A stretch of 63,998 nt of DNA, filler included, from Diploschistes diacapsis (GCA_023645945.1; 10 parts of 10 records of this genome joined end to end with filler, not necessarily neighbours in it); one strand, 5' to 3'. Shown: positions 37,720 to 51,625, counted from the whole stretch's first letter. Numbers and translations: made by a program. Notes: generated from the letters alone by a model not told the origin.

Positions 37720-39286
37720 ATGGCCGATCAAGGGTGAGCACATCCGCCAGTTTCGTCGAAATACCTAACCTTGTCGCTAACGAATCAACAGCCTTCAGGC
37801 GCCTCACGGCCCTGATGTGACCGGAAATCGTGGTCTGGTCCGCGACATCACTGAAAGCGAGAGGCAGATTTTCGACTACCTGATCCGTCCGGACGACAGC
37901 TACAATGCCAATGGAGTCTACTGGGCCGATCTTCCTATCGGCCAGCGGATCGGCTTCGTTTCCAAAGTTGACGCGCAAGAGAGCCGTCGAGAGCTTGCCG
38001 TAATCGGGAAGATGATGAAGGCGGACCCTCTCAGCCCAATCGGCTGGTACTTCCGCAACGCCGTCGTTCCTGGTGCCGGCCTTTTGCTCGAAGGTTACGT
38101 GCTCTTCTCCATCGGCAACCTCACGCCGCTCTTCTCGGCCCCAGGCGCCTTCACCCAGTGCTGGTCGTCTCCATACAAGGAATGCAGCAAGAACTGGGTC
38201 GCCGCCGTCGCATATCTGGAAATCATCGGCATCATCGTCGGCCAGATCCTCGTTGGAGTCGTGGGTGATTGGCTTGGAAGACGCTTCGGTCTGATTCAGG
38301 ACGCCACGATCATGTTCGTCGGTCTTCTCATGATCACTGCTGCCTGGGGCACCACGCTCAACGGCTGGGTCATCTGCTATGCCTGGTCTCTTTTCTTCTA
38401 TAGCGTAGGCGTCGGAGGCGAGTACCCCATGACCGCAACCTCGGGAATGGAAAACGCCGTGGGTGCGGGAAAGGTCTCCACCAAGGAGGATCGACTCCAC
38501 CGTGGCCGCAAGGTCACCGGGGCCTTCCTTATGCAAGGCTGGGGACAGTTCCTCAACCAGGTGATCCTGATCCTTCTCCTCATCGTCACCAATTCCGGGG
38601 ACGGCGACCCACCGTATCTGCAGAGCGCTGTCCAGTGGACCTACCGCCTCTCCTTCGCCATCCCCGCCGTCGGTACCCTTTGGCTTGTCTACTACCGTAT
38701 GTACAAGATGAGGGCGGCGTCGAAGCAGCTGGTGGCGGCCAAGAAGAAGTTGCACGTCACCGGCTACGACGTTCATTCGCTGAAGCTGACCGTCTACTAC
38801 TTTGGGCCCCGTCTCATCGCCACCGCCGGCGGCTGGTTCTGCAACGACGTCTTCTTCTACGGCAACAAGCTGTTCCAGGGCAACTTCATCAAGATCATCT
38901 CTCCTGGAACGTCCGTCATGCCCAACTGGATCTGGAATCTGATCAACGTCGTCATCTCGCTGGTCGGCTACTACCTGGCCTCCTTTTTGATCGACAACAA
39001 GCTCTATGGGCGGAAGATGATGCAGCAGGTTGGCTTCTTCGCCTGCTTCATTCTCTTCATCATCCCGGCCTTCAACTTCGATTACTACAGATCAAAGGCC
39101 GGAGTCCACGCCTTCCAAGCCATGTACTTCCTGTCCGGATTTTTCAACCAGTTCGGTCCCAACGCCGTCACCTTCTTGGTTGCCGCCGAGGTCTTCCCTA
39201 CCCCGGTACGCGCCACGGCTCACGGCTTCTCTGCCGCGTGTGGCAAGGCCGGCGCGTTGCTAGCAGCCGGTACGTCTCTTCCCATT
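37720..39286 (+). CDS. MFS inorganic phosphate transporter (Pho84-like family), truncated by gap
   Basis: Short first exon MADQG spliced at 37792; GDWLGRR, GVGGEYPMTATS, MQGWGQ, QFGPNAVTFLVAAEVFPTPVRATAHGFSAACGKAG. Confidence 0.88.
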
Positions 39287-39386
39287 NNNNNNNNNNNNNN
39301 NNNNNNNNNNNNNNNNNNNNNNNNNNNNNNTTAATTAATTAANNNNNNNNNNNNNNNNNNNNNNNNNNNNNNNNNNNNNNNNNNNN

Positions 39387-42300
39387 ATTAATAAGTTTCA
39401 AGCCTTTTGCGAGCAAGTTTTTATGAGTACGTAAGCAATTCACTCAAGATTCTAAATTGATATTGAATCTTTACTAACGCGGTGTTTAATTAGTCGAAAC
39501 GTAAGCGAATTTTAAACGATACGTTATCACCCCTTTTTATAAAACGATCCAATTAAGTTCAAGGAATCAACAGCGGACCTTTTCCGTCTTTTCTTTATAA
39601 CAAATCTTTTTACGGGGCATAACAATATTTCGATCTTTTTAATACTAATCGAATAACATTATCGGCGCGCTCACGATCGTCTAAACGTTATTTAAATCTT
39701 AGAATGCTTAATAGCCTGCGATCCTTTCCAAAAAAAGGAAAAGATAATAAAACAAGAAAGTCTAAACCGCCCAATTTCTAATCACAACTGAAAACAAGTT
39801 TTAAATAACATCACATCTAACTGCTTCTGCGGCCCGGAATTCGTATTATCAAGATAATCATTATATAATTCTAATTATGTATAAATAGATTCTTTTATCA
39901 TTAAGCTAGTCTTAGATTTCTTACGAGATTATTTGAATATTATCACGTTCGTATATATCGGTAAAGCATTAATATGCAAAAATTATAAACAAGCCGAAGA
40001 ATACTATTTTTCGGTAATCGAACGGTTTGATCGTTACGATAGGTTATATTATTCCGTTCGATGATTAAGAAATGGGAGTCCTCGGGAACTGGTCGTTCGT
40101 ATTAACTTAAGAACTAATAATTGGTAAAATCGATAAGTGTTGAGCGTAGTCCCTCGACCATCGCCGGGATATCCTTAAGGCCAATATTTAAAAGTATTTA
40201 TTACATTAATAGGGGCAATAGTAAGCGCGGGTGAAGGACGTAATGATTTATCTTGCTGAAAGACCGCGTTAATGTATGAAGCGTAGGTATCTTGGATTAA
40301 CTTCTATTACTTCTTGTAAAGAATGTAAAGCAGTGTTTCTTTTAATATCTTTTCTTCGTTATTCTCGTCGGATTTATACACCGTGCTTTCTGGAAGAGAG
40401 GAGCGGGGAGGAGATTAAAGAGACTGATCGTTTATAAACTTGTTACTATGAATAAAGACGTGGTTAATATGAGAGCTTAAGAAAATTATTATAATGCAAA
40501 AAGAACTAGTTTGTCTGAATATTTTATTTATTAAGTCGAATAAGTTCTTAACGTGACGACGGTATTTAACGGCCTCGGTCTCATTTGTAATACGCTTGTT
40601 GAACGTGAAAGTGAAATTAAGGTTGCAGCCAGAGCTAGAGCTAACGTCAGGGCCAGCGTTAGAGATAGAAGCAGAAGCTATTTAATAGGATCTAAGAGGG
40701 TTTTTAAGACGTAGTCTGGCTGATTGACTGGAGGGAAATGTGTCGATTAATTATAAGGTTGAAATAAAATAAATCGGCTATTTATGGGAATGAGAGGTCC
40801 GTTATAGGGATGATATTGAGATAATGAATATCGGCGTAATCGTTACCTTTTAAGTAAGTCACGCGTTATTTGTTTATGACTTATCGAGTTTTATAATCTC
40901 GAGCGAGATCAAAACAAGGACTATTTATAAAAGATAAGCGAATTCGATTGGTGTCGATTATAACGTTAATAATAAATACCATATCTCCTTTTTTTCGCTA
41001 ATGTCCTTTCCGGCTTTGTAGAGATCTTCCGGTTCGTTAATAATTTTCTTACGGAAGTCGTCTTCTTCGACGTGCCTGGTCGTACTATATATATCAAAAC
41101 CTAAGCAACTGGACTATACGCCGCGATACTTAATTTCGACAAATAAAGGGCGGCAACGACGGTAAGAGAGGGACCGGCGGAGGTTTACTAGTTTATAGAC
41201 TTGCAATTGGCACGCAGTCGAAGTTATTAAAGTAGAGTTAATTCGTGCGGGGCAATATAGCAAGGAAAGAAGAGAAGAATTTGCCGGTTTGATCTGGACT
41301 TATTAAGCTATAAAGCAACGATATAGATTTTGCTAGTACAGAAATCAATAATTAGATATTTATAAACTTTCCTTACATCTTTTAAATCAGCCGATGTGAC
41401 ATATCGATAATCCGGGTCTAGGACGTTTTAAGTTAATAGTTGCGATAGTCTATTCTATAGTTTATTAAGCGTGGGTAAAGTCCTTATTATATGTATACTA
41501 TAACATCGTTAGATCAACTTTCACGTAGGGAATATGATGATGTATAAATACTCTTTAAAGCCTATTATATGTCTAAAGTCGAGCTGATTTAAAATGGATA
41601 GGTACGGACCTTAATGGTATGAACATATAGATGGATTAACTTGTCGAGTATATATTTACTAAGTAATTGTTAAGGTAGCCCAAATAAAGGCACGTTATTG
41701 CCGTCGTCGCTCATTCTTTTAATAAAGCAACGGAGATTGTTATTTAAAAAAAAAACGAAGATACAGAGAGCACGGTTCGCATTGCTACCGCGTTGCGGAT
41801 TTCGAAGGTGCTGGTTACAGTGTCATCAAGGATCATAACGTAAATAACAGTACTGCCGCTGATGATGTATCGATCGATGATTTCATAACCTAGAATTTTA
41901 AGAATACAGCCGGAAAATTCTAATAAAACGTAAATAAGTACATTTATTTATTTTTCGTCGCTTTTTAGAGCTCTTAGGCATGTAAGAATACGGAGAGATG
42001 TTTAGAAATCCTCGAGTATAATATCTCGTTTCTTATTCAATATTATTTTAATGCTAGAAGGGTCATGCTTAAACAGATATAATAATAAAAATATAATATT
42101 TTTAACCAATTTTCGCCGATTATCGGTATTTAAAATCTAATAAACTTTATTAATTAACTAAAGATTATCGGATAATATAAATTCATAAATATCCTATATA
42201 TTAGAACTTCCCGTTTCAGCTCTTCACTAAAACCATTCTTAAAGGCGAAAGTATAATAGGCTTGCACGATACCTAAAGAGCCCTCGTCGCAGATTATGCT

Positions 42301-43531
42301 TGCAACCAGTTAGAATTAACGGATGCGGGTCTTCCTGACCGCGTGATACATATTATAAATAATTATTTCCGATTTATTAAATCGTAGGAACTTATAATTA
42401 TCCTAATTAAACTAACAGGCGAGATATGATATAAAATAAACTCTTTTAGCGGTTATATTATAAAAACCGTTACCGTGCTCTTTCCTGATGGAAGCTTTAA
42501 ACCACGATATATGATCGATATACGGCAAAATATAGGATTCCAGCTCGCTTTAAGATATTCAAAGAAGTATTTATTAACTCGAAGTATCCGCAACGGGTTT
42601 ACAATCTGATTCATTCGATACATATTGTTCTTCACGTTATGCTACGCGTTTAAAGTATATACTAATTTTTGCTGTTATGGCTGATCGGGAAATTCTTAAT
42701 CCGAATATTAGCGTCCTTATAGCATAATAAAGTAAACTTTAAGGCATTAAGGTAAAAAAAGGTTGCATTATTCGCCTAGTTTAGAGACGTTATAACTAAT
42801 ATTTATAACGGTTTAATAACCGTTGTGATCATTACGATTAATGTATTACTACGTTCTAAAATATAATTCAAACGATTCGTTCTTTTTTTATTCTTTAATA
42901 TTAGAAAAATCTAATAAAACAATTCGAGATAAAACGGTTCATAGATTTACGATAACACGGCGTTCGGTTTACTACTTTTTCTTAAATCTGTTCCGTCCTT
43001 TTCGTCCATTTATCTAAAATTTTTTAATCCGTTCCTTCGGGTCATACCCACGGTGGTTCGATATATTCCTCGTTATCGCTAACAGGATGAGCTTATTTCG
43101 CGAATATTACCACTCGGTCTTCTATTTATTATTTCTTACTTTCATGCTCGCTTTATTTAGGGTAATCGCTTTTTTATTACTTCCTGTCCTTACTTTCAGG
43201 TACGTCTCGCGTAATAAACATTATAGTCTTATTATCGACGATGTTAGCTAAAGCTTTCGTTTCTACGTTACGTTAAAACCCGGCGCGTACAGCCGGGGTC
43301 GGAAACTGGGCGCGTAACATTACATTTAAGGCGAACGCTGTTATATAAATCTTTACAATCCGTTTTGTATCGGTGCGACTGGCGAGAAAAAGAAAGAATA
43401 GCATTTAGAATGATAATATAATTAAAGATAAAATAAAAGAGATAGAAATATAGAGATACGATTAAATTCGAAGTATTTAAAAACAATATTATAGAGATTA
43501 GTTTCGGAAGACCTTCGAGAATATATATTAT
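39387..43531 (-). other. AT/TpA-rich RIP-degraded repetitive sequence with a remnant of a long minus-strand ORF of unknown type
   Basis: CpA/TpG depleted and TpA rich by eye. Minus-strand frames read as protein interrupted mainly by TAA/TAG. No RT, transposase or helicase motif recognised. Confidence 0.55.
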
Positions 43532-44866
43532 NNNNNNNNNNNNNNNNNNNNNNNNNNNNNNNNNNNNNNNNNNNNTTAATTAATTAANNNNNNNNNNNNN
43601 NNNNNNNNNNNNNNNNNNNNNNNNNNNNNNNCTATATAATATATTATTATGAATAAGCCGGTAACGTTTCCTATCGCGACTATAATAATATGCTGCTTGA
43701 CAGACACGCATACCTGAATCGAAAAGCCATCAACATACCCAGCTTTAAAACGCACGGATAAGCTCAGGCTCGCCCAAGTATCCCTGACAGAAGTCCGAAT
43801 AATTGTAGAAAATAACTTTAGCATCGAAAAGTGGGACACGTGGAAAAACTTAAATTTTGAACTTGAACTTGAGTCCAGATGCGTTCGGGCCTTAATATAA
43901 CATGATTATCGTTACAAGAAAATAGACTCTACTTAAAATTATAAAATATTAAATAACACCTATTAATATCTATAATGCGAATGCTGACCTTGATAGCTCT
44001 AGGATGCTTTACGTCTCAGCGAGCTTTGAATGTGTCATACGTATGTCGATGACTTGACTACACAGACGGCTAATGTTGTGGAAGATCTGATCAGAGGTGC
44101 ATATGAAAGGCGAGCTTTGAAAGGTATTCTCGAGGACGACAAGAATTTTGAGATTGCAATGGAGCGACATCGTAGGTGATTCTTGTCTGTTATGGAGTTC
44201 AATCCCAACATGAACACACAGGGATGCAGCATTCTGAGCTCTATGAGGCTACCGAATCTGGAGCTCTCGAATGATTTAGAGCTAACCAAGCTTTGAGTCT
44301 CGACGATATACGTTTGATTCACCGTATCTCAAAGAGCACCCTAAATTTTCCACGCGAGGAATCTGGGAAAGAACTTCCTAGATAGGAGCAATACCGAGAG
44401 GAGAAAAGGGACATACGGATGGGAAACGGTGACCAGAAAATGGCCTGCTTTACTATACTGCTCGATGTAACTCACGCCCTACATCATTTCAGGCAGGCTA
44501 GCTTTCGCAAACTTACAGGGGGTTTTGATATCTAGGCTCTGTCTCACATGAACCTGAAGTCTTCTAGAATGTCGCTGTTGCAGTGGAAAACTAGGCCACG
44601 GATTCAAATAGCCTGTCAGCTCTGTAGCCTACTGCGCCGTTTTAGTTCTTTGCGTAATACTAAGTTGTAACTTCTCCTCTTTATGAATTGATTGATGACC
44701 TAAACATATTATTTGCCATCTTGCTTCTTGCTACAGGGCTCTGAGTGACAAATACGATTACAGCCTCTCCCATTGGCTGACGCTCGCACTTGGAACTCAT
44801 GCAATCTGAAATGTCTGCTCATTCCACCCATACAATCTCTTCAACCGCCGTGCAAAGCTTAAAGCC

Positions 44867-45770
44867 TTGTATCAATGGATGGAACGATTTCGCTTGATTA
44901 GCAACCTCCAGCTTATTCGCGATAACTCGACGCGCTGGCATTCTTACTACGACATGTGTCAGCGTTCTCTACAAGTTCGAGATGCGCTTACGGCGCTTAC
45001 AGCTGAGGAAAAGGATCTTGAAGATGAAGCCCTTATCGCTACAGATTGGATACGATTGGCTAACTTGACAGTTTCTCCGTCTGTTTTGCGATGTTACGAA
45101 GGCCAATGAGGGTATTGTCAATACTATCGACAGGATGCTTCCAGCTCTCGAATATCTACTGAAACATCTAGAGGATTTAAGGAGGATTTACAAAGACGAT
45201 GTCTGGATTCAGATACGTATTGATGCAGCATGGGATAAGCTAAACAAGTATTACAACAAAACAGATGACACTATGGCTTACATGGCTGCTACGGTGCTCA
45301 ATCCACTATACAAGTGGAAATATTTCGAAGGAGTTTGGACTGAGGATGTTCTGAAACAATGGCTTCGTCAAGGTAAGCAAACGTTTCGGGCCTATTGGGA
45401 AGCTAACTACGCGGGATTTAGGGAAATCGCGGCTTGTTTACATGGACAGGATCGGCCTCTGCGAGACGAGCTTGAGCTCTATCTCTCAGAAACATGTCTC
45501 TTACAGAAGAGCAGGGCGCTTTGGCATTCAACGCCTTAGAATGATGGACAGAGCCTGCGCAGCAGAAGCGTTTTCCTCGATCAAGTAATTTTGCTTTTGA
45601 TGTACTCACTGTACCAGTTAGCAGCGCTGAGATAGAGCGCATCTTTTCAGAATGTGCTCTGTCTCTTAGCGACACACGCCTCGGTATGACACCGGAGACG
45701 CTTGAGGAGCTGATGCTTCGTAGATCGTGGCAGGAGTATGTCCGTAACGGTGGAAAGATACGGGTAAGTT
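44867..45770 (+). mobile_element. hAT (Restless-like) transposase relic
   Basis: LIRDNSTRWHSYYDM, AAWDKLNKYY, AATVLNPLYK and the dimerisation-domain motif FPRSSNFAFDVLTVPVSSAEIERIFS. Frameshifts and stops present. Confidence 0.85.
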
Positions 45771-46150
45771 TCTTCTACGATTATATACCTTACTAACGGT
45801 CTACAGGTTGACATCTGGGGAGATGAGGCAGCGGGCGAGGAGGACATGGGTGGAGAGACGGAGGCAGAAGTAGGGTCAGAAGCTTAGAATAGTTTAGGGG
45901 CTAGGGGATATTGAAGACGGTAAGGAGAAGCGCCGGCAAGGGGAAGGGCGGTGAAGAGATGTCACTGATACTAGGCTTTACGCCTAGTATTGGGGGCCAT
46001 GTACCCGCGTAGATAGTCCTCTCTGCAAGGCTCAAAGCCTTGCGCAGAACGCCATCAAAAAACTATTTCCTAATTAGGAAATAATCCAATGATCCAGGCG
46101 ATCCAAGCCATCGGATGGATAACCAGGGCCTAGGATCACCAGGGATCGGA

Positions 46151-46729
46151 TCATCGGATCTTTGGGCGCCGTGCCGGTATAAGCCTGGCTGTGTGCTTGG
46201 CATCAAAATCGTGTGAGACTGGGTTTCCTTTAGAGGGCGTGTTTGCAGCTTGGTAATTCGAAAGCGCATTCAAGAGAATGTCCGGTGGAGTATTGAGAAA
46301 ACCCGTTCTTTCGAACCCGCTGGGAGTGCTCTTGCTAAAGTCATACTGAACCACCCCGCCCCTACCCTGGTTCGGTTGACTGACGACCACATTACCGAGC
46401 TTGATATCGATCTTGTTTGTTGGGACGCCGCCCCTAATACCAACCAATAGAGCAAATCTTAGCCATTTGAATCTCGACTTCATTTACGTTGCTACGATAG
46501 CAGCAGAATTATTTCTTATTTTGCCCACGGATAAGCAAGCCATAACGACGTTATGTTTGCCAATGCTGCTAAGGGTGTAAATATTGGGGTCTGTCGAGTC
46601 TTGAGAAAGAGGGTGATGCTCTTTGTCGAGCATCTTCTTCGCAGCGGCGAGCTCGAGAGGGAGAACGGCGACCCATGCTATTGTGTAGTCTTCGGGGCGG
46701 AGACATCGATTGGAAGCCATCACAATCAT
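46151..46729 (-). pseudogene. Truncated PNP_UDP_1 (nucleoside phosphorylase) domain of the fungal NLR-effector type
   Basis: DYTIAWVAVLPLELAAAKKMLD..DPNIYTL..HNVVMACL, in-frame stop, then RFALLVGIRGGVP..DIKLGNVVVS..GGVVQYDF..GFLNTPP. No NACHT/NB-ARC follows. Confidence 0.82.
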
Positions 46730-48372
46730 GAGGCAGCTCTATTAATCGGAAGACTTGGGTTTTTTCTGAAGCGGGACCGGGCTAAGTTGGTCATCGCCTA
46801 AGCTTGAAGAATGTCCTGCATTGGTAGACAAGAGCAATAAGATCGCAATCGCGTAGTGCTATAGAACACAGAGCTCTCGCGCGGAGGGATCACTTAAGCA
46901 CTTGGATAATTGGTATCAGCGCGCAATAGACTAATCCAAGTTCTTCTTTATGAGAGATTCCACGCGGAATCTTGGCAAGGCTACGCAGGCCGTACGCAGT
47001 CAGCCTTGTGAGGGTTGGCGTCAGAATATCCAAGCAATCGCACGAAGCCTCGGCAAAACCGCTATAATTTCCATCTGCTAGTCCTGGAAAGGCCTAGCAG
47101 AGGCAGAAGTCGAAAGTATTAACTTAACCCTATTTCAGTCCCGTCCAATGTCGCTAGATCATCGCACTTTGAAAAGACAGTAAGTAACTTGTTGTCTATC
47201 GGTGAATCCTTCCCCGAAGATCATAGTTGCAATCCAAGCTTGTGAGGGACTCATGGTGCCGTTTCCGGAATCACCAATCCAGAGAGTTTGGGGATGAAAG
47301 TATCGAAATGATTGGACAAGGGAGCCTCAAGGCTGAAACCTCTAGACTTGATTGGAGGTAGCAACTGAAGCATAGCTTACCAACACCCCACGCTCAGCTG
47401 AGGCGCAGGTGCCTATCACCCGAACGCGCCATCTCGCGCGACCCTCGCGCCTTTAGAGCGGCCATCACCCTAAGCTGGAAGAAGGGTGATGTCGACGCGG
47501 ATTTTTGTTACCTTGGCAGATGCAGTGACGGTGCTTTATACGCGGAATTAAACAGGGCGATTCGGGAGCACCACCTGTTCCTTACCCCGTCTATATAAAC
47601 CTCGTAAGGCTAATAATTAATCTATATATACGTTAAATTAAATTTTATTAAATTTATATATATATTTCCTTAAGTCATTTAATATTTATATCACGTAATA
47701 ATATTTCTTATTATTAAAACTCTTTTTTTTTTATATATTTTAGAGTTCTTTTTTAAAGTTTAATATATCGCTTATNNNNNNNNNNNNNNNNNNNNNNNNN
47801 NNNNNNNNNNNNNNNNNNNTTAATTAATTAANNNNNNNNNNNNNNNNNNNNNNNNNNNNNNNNNNNNNNNNNNNNGGAGAGAGAGAGAGAGAGAGATATA
47901 TATATATATAAAGCGGGGCGTGAGTGGTATATGCAGAGAAGAGGTTTCGAGAGGGAATACTCGGGAGCTTTGTGCATTAGTTCCAGCTTACCTAGTAGTA
48001 GTACAATCACGTTCCAAAAGTAATGAGCCCTACCCCAAAACACACCAAAGTTTGTACTGCATATTGAAAATAGCGATGTAAGCAATTCAAGTAGTCTGAG
48101 CAAAACAACTGTGAAGTGATTACTGACCGTTTTCAGGGTCTCACGTGTCAGAGTACCCCTTCCGTTACTGCTACAAAATCATTGTCTAGCAAAGAGTGCC
48201 CTATCCTGCTCACTTCTTATTAAGTAATACCCGTAACGTCTGCTGCAGAGCCTTTCTATCTGACCTCCTCCTTCGTCCTTCCTTCCACTCCTACTCATTT
48301 TTTCTGACTCGCTTACCAAGTTCAAGCAACCGTCCTCAGAGCCCTTCCTACAGATCACCTCCTACAGACAAC

Positions 48373-49993
48373 CTACTGCTCCTCCACCCTCTTATCCTCC
48401 GATACGCCCTTCGCCGGCCTCCACCCAAAATGATACGGTCCCGTCACGGGCTTCCCGGAGTCCCGATCCTTCTTTATCTCGAACATGTGGTGCCCGAAGA
48501 AGTCCAGCTCCGCCTCCATAAAGCTCGTCGGCAGGTCCTGCGCCGCTGTCGCGTACTTGAGATACTCTAGTGATGCGCTCGTCGCCGGCACGTGGGCGTC
48601 GGCCTCTGTAGCTAACAGCACCGTGCGCTTGAGGGATGGGAAGGTCTTTTTGAATTCGGCGGCGATGGAGGGGTGAGAGAGGAGGTTGGAGCGGGTGATG
48701 CTAGTACTGGTGTTGGTTTGGGATTGAGATTGGGATTGATTTTCGTGCTGGAAGACGGAGAGGAGGAGCTCGGATATGGCTTCGGAGCGGATGATGCAGC
48801 CGCCGCGCCAAATGGCGATGACGGACGCGAAGTCAAGGTCCCAGCGTGACTCGTCGTCCATTCTGGCAAGGAGGCTGAGACCTTGCACGAAAGAGGCGAG
48901 GAAGGAAGCGTAGGTTGCTTGGCGGAGGTCTTCAAGGGCGGAGGCTTTGTCCTTGACGCTGGCTTTTGAGGGCTGGCCCAAGCCAGATGGGCCGGCGCCA
49001 ATGGCTTTGGAGGCGTGCTCACGCTTCGTGGAGTATGCGGATGCGAGCCGGAACTGGTGCGCGGCGGCGATGGTGGGGATGGGGACGTGCAGGCGCATGC
49101 CCTCCTCGCAGGTCCAGACGCCTGTGCCTTCGCTTTCGTCAACGTCCTGCACGACCTTGTCGCGGATCTCGTCTAGAAGCGGGGTTTTGCTTTGCGGGTC
49201 AGGCTGACGGCAGATGTCTACGGCGATGGAGATGAGGAAGTTGTTGTTTAGCTCTCCCTTGGTGTTCCATTGTTCGAAGGTCGAGGCGATCTCTTCGTAC
49301 GGCATGCCGAGCGTAAAGTGCATAATTCCCCATGCCTCACATAGAGCTGACATCATGCCTTGCTCTATTCCGTTGTGGATCATCTTCACGTAATGACCAC
49401 TGCCTCCGGGCCCCATCTTGGCTACACATGGGTTACCCTGGGTATCCTGCGCTGCAACTTTTTTCAGGAGCGGCATGATGGCGTCGAGCGCCTGCTCGTC
49501 TCCACCAGGAGACATTGAGGGCCCAGACCTAGCCGATTGATAGCCTCCCGATACACCCATTCCGATGTAGTGCACTCCCCTGTTGGTCATCTTGCCCTGC
49601 CGCCGCTGAGTATTTTCCCAATGCTCGTTGGACCCATCGATGATGACGTCTCCTTTTTGCAAATAGTCATGCAGTTGCTCAACAATGCTGTCACCGACGG
49701 TGCCATGCGGGACGCTAAGCAGGAAGACCTTTGGCTTTCCCAGATTGTCGCAGAGGGAATCGTAGCCCTCGTAAGCCTTAACCTTAGACTCGAACCCGGC
49801 TTCTTTGGCACGCTTTATAGCCAGGTCCCGGTTGTTCTTCGAAGGATCGAATATGGAGACCTGGCAGCCGTGCTGGGCGAAAAGGAGACTCATCATAGAG
49901 CCCATCGACCCTGTGCCAATAATAGCAAGCTGGAATAAGTGAGCAGTGCTTGCCTTTGCTTTCATATTGTAACTTTACCTTGTCGATCTCCAT
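48373..49993 (-). CDS. 6-phosphogluconate dehydrogenase-family paralog (atypical substrate and cofactor residues)
   Basis: MEIDK/intron/LAIIGTGSMG, GMGVSGG, SMSPGG, GSGHYVKMIHNGIEQG, IWRGGCIIRS, DFFGHH. Confidence 0.88.
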
Positions 49994-50342
49994 GATTGCT
50001 GTGTTGATATTGAAGATTTGGATGGAAGAGTACCTGTGCGGGTGCTTATGTCCTTGAAGTATAGGTTTCAGGAAACAAGTCACTGAAGACTTGCTCTCTG
50101 ATCGCCTTAACATCCATCGGAAGTCGAACCCGCGGCATGATTTGTCCAACGCTGATGAGTTTGGCCGTCATTGCATCCTATAAAACTTGCAGTGACGTCG
50201 CTCTTACCCAAATTCACCGCGATGACGATGCTTCGCTGCAGACCTTCTCGTTACAATTCACGGATGTGCTTTTGCAGAAAGTTTCGTGGGATGAAGAAAC
50301 AATATCTCGTCGGAGCCTTTGCACCAGCGCATACAAGAGAAA

Positions 50343-51495
50343 ATGGCTGAATCACTTGACTACGAAAGCTTAATCTCACAAATCCCCGCCAGCTATGCGA
50401 CATGCAGCATTGGAGACTCGTCGACACCCCTCCCAGACAAGTTGCATGCCATCGCTCAAGCCGGTTTCAAAGGTATTGAGCTCGCTTTCCCCGATTTGGT
50501 AACCTTCGCTAGCCAACACTTTGGCAATGAGGTCAAGGAAGACGACTATGAAAGATTGTGTCAAGCTGGCGGCGAGGTGCGGAAGCTATGCGAACAATTG
50601 GGGCTCAAGATCTTGATGCTACAGCCATTTTCAAATTTTGAAGGCTGGAAGCCGCATACTAAGGAACGGGAAGATGCTATGAAGAGAGCTAAAGGATGGA
50701 TTGAGGTCATGAAGGCTGTTGGGACGGACATGTTACAGGTAGAGATTCGAAGGAGCGCTTCCAGACAGAATGTTGATTTTGCTCAGGTCGGTTCCTCGGA
50801 TTCAGAAGGCATCACTTTGGACAAGAAGGAACTGGCAAAAGACCTGGCAGAGCTTGCAGATCTTCTAAGTACCCATGGATTCCGTCTCGCATACGAAAAT
50901 TGGTGTTGGTAAGTATTGTACCACCTACACTCTGATTTCTTGTCAATGCAGGCTTAGGTCAACCCATGCAACTACGTGGTCTACTGTTTGGGATATAGTC
51001 AAGCTTGCCGATCGTCCCAATGTCGGATTATGCTTGGATACGTTTCAAACCGCGGGCGGTGAATGGGGAGATCCGACAACGAGTTCGGGCAAGCTCGAGG
51101 GAGTATCGGCGGAGGAGCTTGAGAGGCGATACGCCGGGAGCTTGCGAGGACTTGCAAAGACCGTTCCGAAGGAAAAGATATATCTTCTGCAACTCTCCGA
51201 TGCCTACAAACCTCCCTCTCCGTTCAGCTCCGAGGCAGATGAAAGCGGGTTGCGGCCACGAGGGAGGTGGAGTCACGACTTCCGGCCAATGCCTTTTGAC
51301 GGCGGCTACCTTCCGATCGTGGCCATGACCAGGGCAGTGCTGGACACTGGATTCAAGGGCTGGTTCTCAATGGAGATTTTTGATGGAGGCAAGGATGGAA
51401 AGGGCAAGTCGGTTAGCGACTTAGGCGCTTATGCGTCCAAAGCAATGGATAGTCACAAGCGTCTGGTGAAGGAAGCAGTAAGGTCCAAGGGCTAG
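50343..51495 (+). CDS. Xylose-isomerase-like TIM-barrel enzyme (QutC/qa-4 3-dehydroshikimate dehydratase-like family), 3 exons
   Basis: AGFKGIEL, MLQPFSNFEG, LAYENWCW, GLCLDTFQ, LQLSDA, WSHDFRP, GWFSMEIF. Confidence 0.82.
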
Positions 51496-51625
51496 TGGCA
51501 CTTTATTTCTCTCAGTGAGTAATCCGTATATTGCACCAGTATCTAATTCATACTTCCCTTCGGTCAGTCTATATCCTGCCCCTATCCCTTGGATATCGCA
51601 TGTCCCTAGATAGTTCGTTGTTGTA

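Noticed and set aside
37718..38776. 352-aa minus-strand ORF
   Set aside because: Antisense shadow of the strongly codon-biased phosphate transporter.
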